In this document: piece by piece, positions 33,139 through 47,115 of the stretch
Position numbering within the stretch: position 1 is the stretch's first letter
How the letters are laid out: every line of letters starts with the position of its first letter
Source of the DNA: the human T2T-CHM13v2.0 reference genome, Homo sapiens
DNA: 64,000 nucleotides
Assembly (NCBI RefSeq): GCF_009914755.1
Contig: NC_060940.1
Strand: one strand, 5' to 3'
Made by a program: the position numbers and the translations under genes
Notes under the pieces: model-generated
Told to the model about the DNA's origin: nothing
Seen by the model: the letters and a program-made list of their open reading frames with translations, nothing else
Databases searched by the model: none

Positions 33139-33556
33139 AGTATTAGTCTGTTCTCGCACTGCCATAGAGAAATACCTGAGACTGGGTAATTTCTAAAGAA
33201 AAGAGTCTTAATTGTCTCACAGTTCCACAGGCTGCACAAGAAGCATGGCAGTTCTGCTTCTGGGACGCCTCAAGGAACTTACAGTCATGGCGGAGGGGAA
33301 GGAGGAGCCAGCACTTCACATTGCCGGAGCAGGAGGAAAAGGGGCGGGGGGAGGTGCCACACACTTTTAAATGACCGGATCTCCCGATAATTCACTCATG
33401 ATCACCAAGACAATGCCAAGGGCGATGGTGCTAAACCATTCATGAAGGATCCACTCTGATGATGATCCAATCACCACCTACCAGGCTCCACCTCCAACGC
33501 TGGGGATTACAACTGAACATGAGATTTGGGTGGGAACACAGATCCAAACCATATCA
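33139..33556 (-). mobile_element. MSTA/MSTB MaLR solo LTR
   Basis: gtattagtctgttctcgcactgc...gagatttgggtgggaacacagatccaaaccatatca. Confidence 0.9.
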
Positions 33557-33590
33557 CTTGATCATAAAAACTGTTGTGACGTCTCAACAC

Positions 33591-34098
33591 TGTTATGGGC
33601 TGTATTGTATCTACTGCTTCCCCCACCTCCCACTAAATCCACATGTGGAAGTCCTGACCCCCAGCACCTAAAAATGTGACTGAAGATAGGGCCTTTACAG
33701 AAGAGATTAAGTTATTTTATTATATAAATTTTATTTAGGTTGGTGCAAAAGTAATTGTGGGTTTTGCCATTAAAAGTAATTACTTTTGCACCAACCTAAA
33801 TAAAATAAAGCCTTTAGGATGGGCCATAATACAATCTGACTAGTGTCCTTATAAAAAGGGGAAATTTAAACATTCCGAGAGATGTCAAGGATGCAGGCAC
33901 GCAGAGGAAGGGCCACCTGAAGACAAAGCCAGATGGTAGCTATCTGCAAGCCAAGAAGACAGGTCTCAAGGGAAACCAAACCTACTGACACCTCAGTGTT
34001 GGGCTTCCAGCCTCCAGAAATGTGAGACAATACATTTCTGTTGTTTAAGCCACCCAGTTTGTGGTGTTTTGTTATGGTGGCCCTAGAAAATGAATAAA
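33591..34098 (+). mobile_element. MLT1B-like MaLR solo LTR interrupted by MADE1
   Basis: tgttatgggctg...gatagggcctttacaga...cttccagcctccagaa...gtttaagccacccagtttgtgg. Confidence 0.85.
33735..33799. mobile_element. MADE1 MITE with a deletion in the right arm
   Basis: ttaggttggtgcaaaagtaattg...aattacttttgcaccaacctaa. Confidence 0.95.
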
Positions 34099-34349
34099 AA
34101 CACATTAACAATAATTTCCATAGTCCCTGGCAAATAGTGCTCATTAAATGGTTTTTAGCTCAGTTGTGAACGCAAATACACACAGCCTTTGTTTTGGCTG
34201 AAAGGAAATGTGTCCTACATTTTAAAACATAATCTGAAAAATGTTTTTCTAATCCATAGACTTTTCATGAAACTTTAATTAAAAGACTAAAGATGGTTCA
34301 TTTTTCAAACTAACAAAATCCAGTTAACACTGGTTAAAAGTCACTTTGT

Positions 34350-34653
<304 letters not shown>

Positions 34654-36079
34654 TCAGTTTACTACAACATTTCATTATACTGTGGATGTTGAAACTGACA
34701 TTCAAAAGCTCCTTCTCTTCCTTGTAGCTATTGGGGCACTTGTGTCTAGTAAGTCTAGGTTTGGAATTGACACAATTTTGACAGTAACACACAAAGGTCA
34801 TGACAGAAAGAGAGGGAGAATATATAAACAAACCAGTGTAGACAAAAAAAAAAAGTATTGTGTTGAAATTTTCTTGAATGAAGCTACCTATATCAGAGCT
34901 GATATATAAATTTCATCTCAAGAGCTAATTCCTATCACTTGACTTTGGGTCTTATGTTGAGAAAGGTTCTGAAGCCACACCTGGGCTCAGGAAAGAGCAC
35001 CTGGATGGATTAGGAAGTTGTTTGAAAATGGAAGGAGAAGGACAGGAGCAAGTGGGCTGCATGTTTACTATTCAGAATCTGGACATTGGATAATGGGCCC
35101 CTTTGACTGTCATCTTTTAACTTTAAGGCCTATCAAACATTTGGACTATTGTGCATACTGGATCTATCTCAATACTGTAACTTAGCAATTCTGAATTCAC
35201 TAAAAACTAAATGCTTTTCTTTATATATGTATTTCCTGTAACAGTTAAGCTTTATTAGTTAAAAACAAAAGGAAACCCCTCTGCTTTGAGCTAACAAAGG
35301 CCATCAGCTGAATCACCTTTCAAGTTGCTCTAAAATTCCAGCTGGCTAACCCATAGAACACATATTTTCAGAGGAAGACAAGTTTTTCCTCACGAGTCAC
35401 CATGGTAGCTTTTTGGTTGCCACCTAACAGTAGGCTTGCGGTTCACACTTTTGCATCAGTGGCTTTGCAATCTGCAGGTACTGTTAACTCTTGATAAATG
35501 CAGGTTATTGTGAAGCAGACTAGGTCATGGGGCATGTTGCCCACCAAGCCATACCCTAGAACCTGAGGGGATATGTATCGGCCCGATAATGCCCAGACTT
35601 GATTTGCTTCTAAACTGAGGACCAAAGCTCACGTTGTGAGAACTGCACCAGTCAGCGAGCCACCTTCCCCTTCGTGATCCCACTGGAGAAAGATATTTCA
35701 AATGATTAACGATTAGCATTTACTTTCAAACTGCCAAGTCCAGTTGGCTAAAGAAAGGCACTAGGAAGCCTAAGAATCTAGGTTTAATCTCTAAATGGGC
35801 CAAATAGCTTCACACTGAGAAACCTCCAGCTCGACTTTAACCATAGTCCGTCCCATGGGTTGGAAGGGGGAGAGAGACAGAGACAGTGACAAAGAGACTG
35901 ACTGAAATAAACTTCAGCCCTACCACTGGAAAAACTCAAAGGGCAGGTGCTGCTGAAAGGGCTTCAGCCCTTTCCTGTCCAAGATCACCACGAACGAGTC
36001 GTATTCAAGTCTCAACATGGATCTCTGCTGTAGGAACACAGAGGAGGATCGTTAATGTTCTAAACATCTGATGCCCGTG

Positions 36080-36461
36080 TGTATTAATCCATTCTCACAC
36101 TGCTGTAAAGAACCACCTGAGACTGGGTAATTTATGAAGAAAAGAGTTTCAGTTGACTCACAGTTCTGCAGGCTTAACAGGAAGCATGGCTAGGAGGCCT
36201 CAGGAAACTTACAATCATGGCAAAAGGCGAAGGGGAAGCAGGCACGTCTTACCACGGCAAAGCAGAAGAGAGAGTGAAGGGGGAAGTGCCACACACTTTC
36301 AAACAACCAGATCTCGTGAGAACTCACTCACTATCACGAGAACAGCAAGGGGGATATCCACCTCCATGATTCAATCACCTCCCACCAGGCCCCTCCCTGG
36401 ACAAGTGGGGATTACAATTTAAGATGAAATCTGGGTGGTGACACAGAGCCAAACCATATTA
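36080..36461 (-). mobile_element. THE1D-like MaLR solo LTR
   Basis: tgtattaatccattctcacactgc...acacagagccaaaccatatta; 5-bp TSD ccgtg/ccatg. Confidence 0.9.
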
Positions 36462-36712
36462 CCATGGTATCTAGCACAGTTCCTTACATACAGCAATAAA
36501 TTCCTGTGGACTGACTACATTTTAAAATAAAAATCCATTTATTATTATTCATTAACCTAATACATTATAATAACATCTCTACCAAATTTATTGGAGTAAG
36601 TTGGCTCCTGCAGAAAACTACAGTACTATGCTAAAAGTCCAAAAGTTTACAAATTAAAAAAATAAAAATTGATATTAAAAAATATTAATTATTATATTAT
36701 TTTAAACCTTCA

Positions 36713-37084
<372 letters not shown>

Positions 37085-38514
37085 TTATTTTCAATAGAGA
37101 AAACTGTCTGGTAAACTCTGAAGGCCCTTTCTGGTTCTGGAAAGTAACAGGCAATAGAAAATAATTCAACAGGCTGGCCACCATTAAGACTTCCTTGACC
37201 TGGGGGTCCAGCTAGCTTATATTTATCTCAGCCTCATTCATGACTTCCAGCTATGCACAGTGAGGGTTTGCAAATGGGACATTTCTTATGCCACTCTGCA
37301 AGCAGTGCCTCCTCACGCCAGCATTGCCTGCCACCAATAGAATTGTCACACTGTGGAAAATGCAATGAGTGGCTTGTTTTCTGGGAGATGCAAAGAGATG
37401 AGCTTTTATATAGAACAAGGACTTCCTTAGCTGATTCAGCATACTTAGTGTATCTGATATACAGACCTTCTTAATTGAAATTATGTTTAGTCATGCTTAA
37501 AAAATAATCTTATGTTGCTTCTAGAAGAATGCAATCTCTTATTTCAGTATCAGGGTTTCTAGCACCTTATTTGGAGAAACCCCTGACATTCCTCTGTCCT
37601 TCCATCTCCTGCATGGCTCTAATAACCAGGAAGCACAAAGATGGAAAATGAATTCAGGCAGCATAAGTGGCAACCCTCTCCCATGTTTCCTCTCCTCTGC
37701 AACCCCCTAGAAGGCTTTTTGAAGTCAGAAGGCGCTCCATAGGGGGTGAGGGCTGACTCTGGCTGCCAGCAAGCAGAAATGTTCAGCTACTTAACACAGG
37801 GCCACATGTGGCAGCTACAAAAACATCAACAGGATGTGAAATCTGCTTACTTCAATGGCATTCTCCCTGCCCTCCAATCTTTTCAAATCTAAGGAGGTAT
37901 GGGAGTAGCTGAACTTGGGGGGAAGGGTGGACAGAAACATCTTGTGATTTTAGTTGAAAATTTGCATTATATAGTAAATCTTGGACTATTGTCCTGCTGT
38001 TTTTTATTCCATGTGGTTCTGAGTCTGCAACCTTGGGGAGCCAGAGTGTTGCATTTAACACAAAGCCTGGTGACACAAGGGATTTGGAAAGCTGACCACT
38101 GGAATATTAGGTGTTTTACATTAATTGTAAGTCAGAAGGAAATATATGTCAGAGCGGGTCCCCAAGGTGTCTTTCTCAAGTTAAGCACTGTACTTATTTA
38201 AGTTACTCTAGGGTATAGCTTCCTTTGTCCTGGAGACAAAGGGCTACGTGAATTTGCCAAAAATGATTTGAGGCCAGCTTTTTTGTACCTCTTAGCTTTG
38301 GTAAGCTGCAGCTTCCACTCCTACTGTTTAGTAGAAGGAATCCACTGCAACAGGACAGTACTCACTCTGCAAATGATTGGTTACTGGGAATGCTAGCCTT
38401 AGGTTTTCTCTCCAATGCCAACAGGAGTGAAACCAGAGGGATGGCCTCTAGGATCTTTCTTCCTCTGAGATGGCATGAGTCCAACCAGTGATTCTGTGAT
38501 GCTGAAATGGAGAA

Positions 38515-38775
38515 GGGGAACAGTAGAACATGACTGTACCAGTTTTGGCATCACACAGATGTGGGTCCAAGTCCTAGTTCTCTCATTCATAAATCTCATA
38601 AACTCAAGTAACAACTCATCTTCTCTAAGTCTCCATTTCCTCACCTGTAAAAATAGGAATAATAGGGATTATTCCTTATGGGAATTTAATTCTTTATGGG
38701 AATTAAATGAGATACATCATAGTGTCTGGCACATAGTGAATGCTCAGTAAATGTGAGCTCTCATTATTAACATTA
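38515..38775 (+). mobile_element. MIR
   Basis: ttcctcacctgtaaaaataggaataatag...gtgtctggcacatagtgaatgctcagtaaatg. Confidence 0.8.
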
Positions 38776-38900
38776 TGAATCAATGTGCCTTGTCCACAGA
38801 CAGTCCCTACATGGACCCTTTCCTTGGAATTCCAGCCATGAATAGGTGCACAAATTCGAATTTGTACACTGCTCACAGGCAACTAAGAAATTTAGTCCCA

Positions 38901-39204
38901 GGCCGGGCACAGTTGCTCATGCCTGCAATCTCAACCCTTTGGGAGGCTGAGGTGGGTGGATCATGAGGATTAAGAGATCGAGACCATCCTGGCCAACATG
39001 GCGAAACCCTGTCTCTACTAAAATTACAAAAATTAGATGGGCGTGGTGGTACGTGCCTATAGTCCCTGCTACTTGGGAGGCTGAGGCAGGAGAATCACCT
39101 GAACCCGGGAGGCGGAGGTTGCACTAAGCTGAGATCGCGCTACCGCACACTCCAGCCTAGTGACAGAGAGAAACTCCATCTCAAAAAAAAAAAAAAAAAA
39201 AAAA
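38901..39204 (+). mobile_element. AluSc-like
   Basis: aagagatcgagaccatcctggccaac; poly-A. Confidence 0.94.
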
Positions 39205-39351
39205 ATTTTCCCACTGGGGTCATTTTACTTAGCATGGGTTAAGACCAAGAAAACAAAAGACATTACCAGGCTACTGTTTATTCTTATTCCCAAGCCGGCT
39301 GGAAAATGTTTGAATCTCCATTCCAGAGTCTGTTTATCAGGGCTATCCTGT

Positions 39352-39735
39352 TATATCAGTCAGTTCTCACACTGCTATAAAGAAATACCTGAAACTGGGT
39401 GATTTATAAAGAAAAGATTTTTAATTGGCTCAGGCTTCCACAGGCTGTACAGGAAGCATGGCTGGGGAGGCCTCAGGGAACTTACAATCATGGTGGAAGG
39501 TGAAAGGGAAGGAGACACACCTGACATGGCTGGAGCAGGAGGAAGAGAGAGAAGGGGAAGGTGCTACACACTTTGAAACAACAAGATCTTGTGAGAACTC
39601 ACTCATTATCATGAGATTAGCAAGGGAGAAATCTGCCCCCATGATTGAATCACCTTCCACTAGGCCCCTCCTCCAACATTGGAGATTACAATTTGACATG
39701 AGATTTGGGTAGAGACACAAATCCAAACCACATCA
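39352..39735 (-). mobile_element. MSTA-like MaLR solo LTR
   Basis: ttctcacactgctataaagaaatacctga...atccaaaccacatca; TSD cctgt/cctat. Confidence 0.9.
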
Positions 39736-41129
39736 CCTATCTTCTCCATAAGAGAGCATTTATTAAGTATTTTCTCGGTGCATATATAGCACCCTGAGAA
39801 CAGTGCTCTTCCTAGGGGTAGAACGTTTTCCTGAGGCATTTACAAATTAGCAGAAGGGACAGGACTTGGACATAAACCATTTGGGCACCGGGCCATAGCC
39901 ATCAGCTCAGCCATGGGCTAGAAGCGATGTAATCATGCACAGGTGGGCAGGCAGGGGAGCTTAGAACTTGCCTTTGTCTGAAACCATCAGACAAAGTTCA
40001 TCTGTGTTCCCTTGTGCATTCTCTTTCTCTTCCTCCAGAAGAGCACAGATCTAGCAGAGGCTGTGTAGAGGAAAGATGAGTTTGACTATGGGTGTGTTTT
40101 GTGGCCATCCTGGAGGCCACGAAATCTTCATCCCACAGAGTAGGATGAAGATTCCCAGCACAGCACTCAGAAAGCAAGGCATGTTATCTGGGCCCAGGGC
40201 TGCCCTTGCCTCCTGAGGTCTATTATTTATCTTAAAGCCAGTGGGACCCAACCAAGACTCTTGGCCGGGATTTCATTCCCATTAGAGGATTTTCTCTGGA
40301 CCATTCCTCTTTTCCTTGGACACATTCATTCTTCTCCCACTCCTCATGAACCCCAAAACCACTTCCTGTGAGATGCCCAGCTGTAAGAATTCCATGGCCC
40401 TGGTGCTAATCCCTTTTCATTTGCTTCTGCCTAATTTTTTTTTCTAACATCTGTAACCATTCGACCAATTCATGATCTTCCCAATACCCTGAAAGTGGAT
40501 TTCTTTGCCTATGTACATGTCTGCTGTTTTTCTTCTCTAACAGTTCCTTAATCCTTGACTGAGAACCTTCTAACTGACTACCTCCTGAGTCAAGACATCC
40601 CTATCAGAAGTGTTCATGTCTGCTGGACTTAGTCATGGAACTCTAACATTACTGACTTTCCTAAGCTATTGTCTTAAACATTGTCACTAATTAGGGAAGT
40701 TCAAGTTTCATAGAAAGAAACTATTATAACCCACTTCCCATATCTACAGTCAATGGGTACTTTGTGAAAATTAGAAAAAGACTCCCTTTTCTCAAGATGC
40801 TTCATTTTCATTTGCTGAAAACTGTCAAGATAAATGTACAAAATCTACCATGTCCGCAATATAAATAATGTTCTTGTGCAGTGCACAACCTGCAGAAATT
40901 TACATGTTGGTACCGCCAAAGGAAGGGACTCCTTACTAAAGGTAATAGGAAAGATCATCCTCAAGATGTTAAACCACTTAGTTAGTAGTAGACAAATTAG
41001 ATGTGAACGCCCTATCTGTTTGATTCACCACTATTTTCCCAGTAGGACTGAATTGTAATGGGTATTATAATCATCTTAACTACCACCAATATGATTTGGG
41101 ACTCCATACACGTAAAGAATGGTGTTGCT

Positions 41130-41830
41130 CTATTTAGAATAAGATCTACTAATTATCTTACAATGGATATTTACACAGACTCAAAGTATGTCTCTACAGA
41201 TTTCTTATTCATTACAAAGAGAAAACTTGACAGTGGAGAAACTGACAGACATCACCTTTACCAAGCGGTGGAAGGCAATGTCACCAATATTGAAAAAAGG
41301 CAACACCATGTGCCTTCTGATGTGATGAACTGAGAAGAACTCAGCATCACTCTGGGATTTTCCTGTCTTTAATCCCAAGCGAACATCAGTGAAACCCAAT
41401 TGGAAGGACAGTCTATAAAACAACTGGCCTGGACCCACCACAAATGTCAGGGGAAAAAAAAAAACTGTTCCAAATTAAAGAAGACCAAAGATACATGACA
41501 ACAAATGAAAAGGGTAAGCCTTGATTAAATCCTGGATTGGAGGAAATACTGTAAAAAACATTACTGTGATCATTAGTGAAATCTGAATATGGGTCAATTA
41601 GATAGTAGTATTGTATCAATGTTAAATTTCCCAAATTCGATAATTATACTGTGAAAGTATTTATGGGTAGAAGGTCACAGGATCCATAAGGGATAATAGA
41701 ATGAAAGAAAGCAAATGTAATAAAATGTGAACAATTGGTGAATCAAGGTGAAGAGTATATACAAGAATTCATTGTACTACTCTTGGAAATTTTCCATAAG
41801 TTTCAAAATGCTCAAAAGAAAAAAGTTCTA
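41130..41830 (+). mobile_element. L1MC4/5-type 3' end
   Basis: acagtggagaaactgacagacatcacctt...atgtgccttctgatgtgatg...tgtatcaatgttaaatttcc. Confidence 0.8.
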
Positions 41831-42019
41831 AAAAAATTTCTTATTATTTGAAAAAATATATATTATTCTGGTAGAAATAAGCAAGTATGGACAACTTTCA
41901 CTGCAAGATGGTGAGCTTCTAGTTTAAACTGGAGGATGAAATAAACAAATCCTTCCATGACAGCATTGTAAGCAAGCAAAGAGTCATCAACCAATCAAAC
42001 ATTCAAGGAATTTGAATTA

Positions 42020-43965
42020 GTCATCTAGTTGGAAATTAACTATGGAGGATAGACTACATACATTTAATCTCCCCTCTTTCCTAAAACACCCTGAAGTTAT
42101 TACCCAGAAATACAAAAAGAGTACAACTGTACAAAGAAAAAGAGAATAAAAATGTACCTGGATAAAGGATATCAAAATAATTTTAAAGGGAATCAAAACC
42201 ATTTCAGAAGGCAGAAAGTGGGTAGAGAAGTAATATATTGGTGTTACAGAGTGAAACTAGAATATAAATTCTGCAGAAAGGAGCAATGAGAATGAAGCCC
42301 ATGGCCCCTCAAAGCTCAGGAATCAGGGAGCCAGGTATGGGGTGGATGGGGGATGAGGCTCACATGGAGAGAAAGGTTTAAAGCCTGTCTGCAGCAGTCA
42401 GATTCCCAGATCTCCTACTCTCCCTTCTGCATCCAGGTGACTGTTTGGATAGGAGAGATTAAATTAGAGGCTCTAATTTAGGGATTAGATTTAGGGATAA
42501 CAAGCATAGAGAAGGGCTGGAGCAACACACAGGGCTTAAAAAAGAAGCATACTGAATGATGAGCTTCCTGTCCCTTTTTTCCTCCCTGCTTCCAGAACAC
42601 CAGCAGCTAAGAGATGCCTCTCCAAAAGGAGACTGGAAAGTTCATCTCTTGAGACCCAAACTTTTAGATCCAGGAGTGGGAAGCCCCCCCATAGAAATAG
42701 CTAATGTTGGCTTGCCACCTGATCATATGGCAGTGAAATTCATCCACCACCAAGCTCCACAAATGGACACAGAGGATCTAATTAGCTTTCCATTAAGAAT
42801 GTAATCTTAAATATTACAGCTAATGACTACAAGACATTTGAGGAGATCCTTCAATATGAAAGAGGAAGACCTAAACAAATAGAAAAATGGGATCTGGAGG
42901 AAGCTGAGAACATGCAGACCACAAAAAACAGCAGTGTATAAAATTGTATTATTAATAACCTCAGAAAAATAAAACCTCAGAAACATAAAACCTCAGAGAA
43001 ATAAAAGAATATACTGTATCTATGAAACAAGAACAGGCTGTTACAGAACAGGAAAAATCAGGGTATAAGATGGAGCCTTGGAAAAGTGTGATACTGACAG
43101 TGCAGACATTTTCAGATGAAGATATTTTATTTCTGTGCATACTTCTTTAGAAAGCTATGGAAAGATAAGCTCCATGAACATGAGAAGCAAGAGAGAGAGA
43201 AAGACATAAAACCAAGAAAACAGGGACTCCAACACAGGAAAACACAAAAATAAATTTCAGGATGGCAGCTAGGTGACAAAGTGAAAATGCAATTGATCCA
43301 AATTAGAGAAGGATAAAAATAAATTTCCTGAAGAGAGTTCTTTAGAAAAGAAAAACCAAATAACCAAAAGAGAGTTGATAAATTATGCTCTGATACATAT
43401 AATTGTTTATAAAATCTTGATTGACTATCAAGGATGGGTTTGATGGAGCACATGGAACTAATCAAATATAAAAACGAGGCCATTATTATCTTTAAAAAAA
43501 TTTTAAAAATAATTAGGGAAGTTCAGGTGCATTATTTTTCCCAGTAGTACCTTGTATTTACAGGCATAATAATAATCTTCATACTGAATACTCATTTAAC
43601 CAAAAATTATATTGGAAATTAATATTAAATTCCAAAATTATATTGGAATCCCTATATTGGAGCAATAGGAATGGTAAAGTAACGAAGCTATAGATTCATA
43701 TGTTGTCAATGGAAGTCAATAAAATATATCCATTATTGATGTAGCCGTGATTGATAACTAAAGAAATAGCAGTAATCATAGTATTTAGAAATGTGAAGGC
43801 AAATGACAGAAGAAACACTTAGACATTTTTAAAGGGTTGCAACTGAAAAGTAGAGAAGAGGTAAAGAAGGGTGAGGCAAAGACCTTCTCTTTTCTTTATA
43901 AGCCTTTGAACGCTGTTTCATTGTCAACTATTTCATCATTGTTATCTTGATGAAAATAAAAAATA
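42020..43965 (+). mobile_element. Very old L1ME/HAL1-like remnant
   Basis: A-rich, with motifs such as acaagacatttgagga and tatgaaacaagaacagg; heavily decayed. Confidence 0.5.
42957..43004 (+). repeat. Tandem repeat, 3 x 16 bp (aacctcagaaaaataa)
   Basis: Direct observation. Confidence 0.85.
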
Positions 43966-43978
43966 AAAAGAAATATTA

Positions 43979-44372
<394 letters not shown>

Positions 44373-44509
44373 AAGACATGAAGTGGATTTCTTAATGCAG
44401 TAGAGAAAGAGCAAACTCAGAGATGACAAATATGAAAGAACCAGAGTGAGATGGGTTATTTCTCAAGGTCACTGAAAGGCTTACCTTGTAAGACAATGAA
44501 CTTTGTTAG

Positions 44510-44645
44510 CAGGGTTGGGCCTGGGGTGAGCAGGTGAGGATGGGGACTAGGGCAAGGTGCCTAGAATGCAAAATTCAGAGAGACCTGCACCACCCTGAAA
44601 GCAAGTGCCTTAACTTGGTACCCTACGGGCTCACCCTCTTGCCAG
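44510..44645. mobile_element. MER91-like hAT-Tip100 MITE
   Basis: cagggttgggcctggggtgag...gcaaaatt...ccctgaaagcaagtgcct. Confidence 0.5.
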
Positions 44646-45026
44646 CTTGTCTGTTGGATCCCACCACTCACAGTGGTGGGTACAGTGGATTATAGCTGCT
44701 GTGTTTGCAGCTGAAAATCTCTCTCCAAACGTGGAGAAATGTGCTTAGGGAAAGCTCACTGCTTGAGGGCTGAAGCAGGGTGAAAGCCAGAAAAATGTGA
44801 TACAATTACACTCTTCAAAAGACAGCGAGGAAAAGAATCACAAGGCAGCTCTGGCTGTTAGTCTCACAGGAAGAAGTGCCACCCTGGAGCAAAGGATTCC
44901 TACTGTAATCAAAGGGAACAAAGGGGGCATTTTACATCAATTAATGGTACAACCCACTAAGAAGATATAGTAGATTTAGACCTTTATTCCATGAAAAAGC
45001 AAAGCACCAATACATAAACAACTTAT

Positions 45027-45073
45027 TGAAAATACAGGAGAACTTCTGAAAACACAGGAGAACTTCTGAAAAC
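45027..45073 (+). repeat. 20-bp tandem duplication (tgaaaaYacaggagaacttc x2.3)
   Basis: Direct observation. Confidence 0.9.
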
Positions 45074-45128
45074 TACAAGCTCTCAGAGACTCACAAGTGA
45101 GGTATATGGAAAATAAGAATGTAGAGTA

Positions 45129-45410
45129 GGCCGGGCACAGTGGCTCACACCTATAATCCCAGCACTTTGGGAGCCATAGGCAAGTGGATTGCTTGAACCC
45201 AGAAGTTCAAGACCAGCCCAGGCAAAATGGTGAAGTCTTATCTCTATCAAAAATACAAAAATTCGCTGGGCGTGGTGGCAGGCACCTGTGATCCCAGCTA
45301 TTCAGGAGGCCAAGGAGGGAGGATCACTGGAGCCCAGAAGTCAAAGCTGCAGTGAGCTATGATTAGACAGCTGAACTCCATCTTCCTCGGTAACAGAGGG
45401 AGACTCTGGG
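45129..45410 (+). mobile_element. AluJ
   Basis: gggaggatcactggagcccagaagtcaaagctgcagtgagctatgat. Confidence 0.9.
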
Positions 45411-45430
45411 ACAGAGAGAGAAAGAGAGTT

Positions 45431-45626
45431 AGGGAGAAAGGGAGAGAGAGAGAAAGAGAGAGAGAAAAAGAAAGAAAAGAAAGGAAAGAAAAGAAAAGAG
45501 AAAAGAAAGAATGGAGGGAGGGAGGGAAGGAGGAAGGAAGGAAGGAAGGAAAGGGAAGGAGGGAGGGAGGGAGGAAGGGAGGGAGAGAGGGAGGGAGGAA
45601 AGGAGGAAAGGAGAAAGAAAGAAGAG
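45431..45626 (+). repeat. 196-nt polypurine tract (GA/GAAA/GGAA/GGGA) grown from the Alu tail
   Basis: Only one pyrimidine (T45512). Confidence 0.95.
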
Positions 45627-46190
45627 CATCTAAAAAACAAAATTAACAAGCTTGATTTAATAAGTGGACTTAAGATACATTTCCTAAAGCGAGAATACAC
45701 ATTCTTGTTAAACATATATGAAATATTTACACATTAACTATGTTTTTAACCACAAAGGAAATCTCAGTATATTATCCAAAGGGGAAATCATACAGGCTCC
45801 ATTCTCTAGCTATAATGAAAAAAAAAAAGCCAGAAATGAATAATAAATCATAGCCTTCTCCTCCTCTTCTATCCGTGCCTCCCCATCTACAAAACATTAT
45901 CTAGCCACTTAGATAGTTTTTAAAAATTCTCTTTTCAAGATAACTCTTTGGTTAGAAAATAGTAAAAGTACAAAATTATGGACTATTCAGTTATGAAAAA
46001 CAGTAAAAACAATAAATAGAAAAACTAGTAGACACAGCCAAAACTGAACTTAGAGGATAATTTATAGCCAAAACATACTTATTAAAAATCAAGCAACATG
46101 TAAAACAACAGCAACTATGCATTCAGCCAGAAAACCCAGGGAAAGGTCAAACACATCAACTAAAACAAAGTAAAAGGAAGAATTCGTATA

Positions 46191-47115
46191 TGATGGGGTT
46201 CAGGTCACACAACTCCAAAATATAGCACCTTGGAAATGAGAAAACAGCAGGAGCAGGAAGGTCCCTCTCACCCTTCTTCCCCAAAGCAGGCCATAAAAAC
46301 CTGAAAAGGTCACTCTCTGACCTTCTCCCTCCCTGAATAAGGATACCCTCTAGGTATAGAGCAACACACCTGTCACATAAGGGTTTTCAGGAGAGACCCT
46401 TATGTGACAGGTGTCTTGCCCTATACCCAGAGGGAAGGAATGTCACACAGGAATGCCAGGAAGAATCTGAACAAACAGGCCTTGCTAAGCCCCCCACTCA
46501 AGTTTGTGACCACTAGGTCATACTGAGACAGCCAAGTATAAATGGGTCCCCAGAGAACCTCCCACCAGCCTGCACACTGGGAGGAACGCGCATGGGGGCG
46601 AAGCCTCCGGAAGTTTGCAACGTTTGCAGTGGGGAGGAGCCTGGCTCCTCCTCTTCCTGGGTGGAACCTGGGATTCAGTCTGCGAGGCCGGAGGTATATA
46701 CTAGCAGGACTCTCGCTCTGCTGAGGGTCCCTGTTTCCCCTTTGTTTCCTTTTTGCCCAATAAATTCCATTTTTCTCACCCTTCAAAGTGTCTGCAACCC
46801 TAACATTTCATGGCCATGTGACAAGGACCCCGTTTTTAGCTGAACTAAGGAGAAAGTCCTGCAACAATAACCTTACATCCTCCAATTATGCTTCTGCAAG
46901 GACTGTCCCCTCTTCAACAAACCTAAGCATAAAAACACATAGATTTCCCTATTTCTTTGGGTCTTCATTTCTGCAGTTTCCTATGCAATGTAAAATTTAT
47001 ATTAAATAATTTTGTAAGCTCTTCCCTTGTTAATCTGTCTTTTGTCATAAAGGCCTCAGCCATGAACCTGGTGATAGGGGGTAGGGGGAATGGATATTAT
47101 GTTTTCTCCCATACA
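46191..47115 (+). mobile_element. ERV solo LTR (LTR47-like) with nested MER61
   Basis: tgatggggttcagg...ccaaaatatagcaccttgg...gaaaacagcagg...; ends gcctcagccatgaacct...ctcccataca. Confidence 0.7.
46524..46866 (+). mobile_element. MER61(A)-like ERV1 solo LTR
   Basis: tgagacagccaagtataaa...gggaggagcctgg...aataaa...ttagctgaactaaggagaaagtcctgcaaca; TSD atac/ataa. Confidence 0.85.

Noticed and set aside
43600-43660. AT-rich quasi-palindrome and repeat (ttggaaattaatattaaattccaa)
   Set aside because: Low complexity and imperfect; plausible by chance or slippage in decayed L1-like DNA
45341-45715. R/E/G/K-rich and S/L/P/F-rich ORFs
   Set aside because: Artefacts of the stop-free polypurine tract
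46524-46866. p53 response element in the MER61 LTR
   Set aside because: Some MER61 subfamilies carry p53 sites, but I see no paired RRRCWWGYYY in this copy
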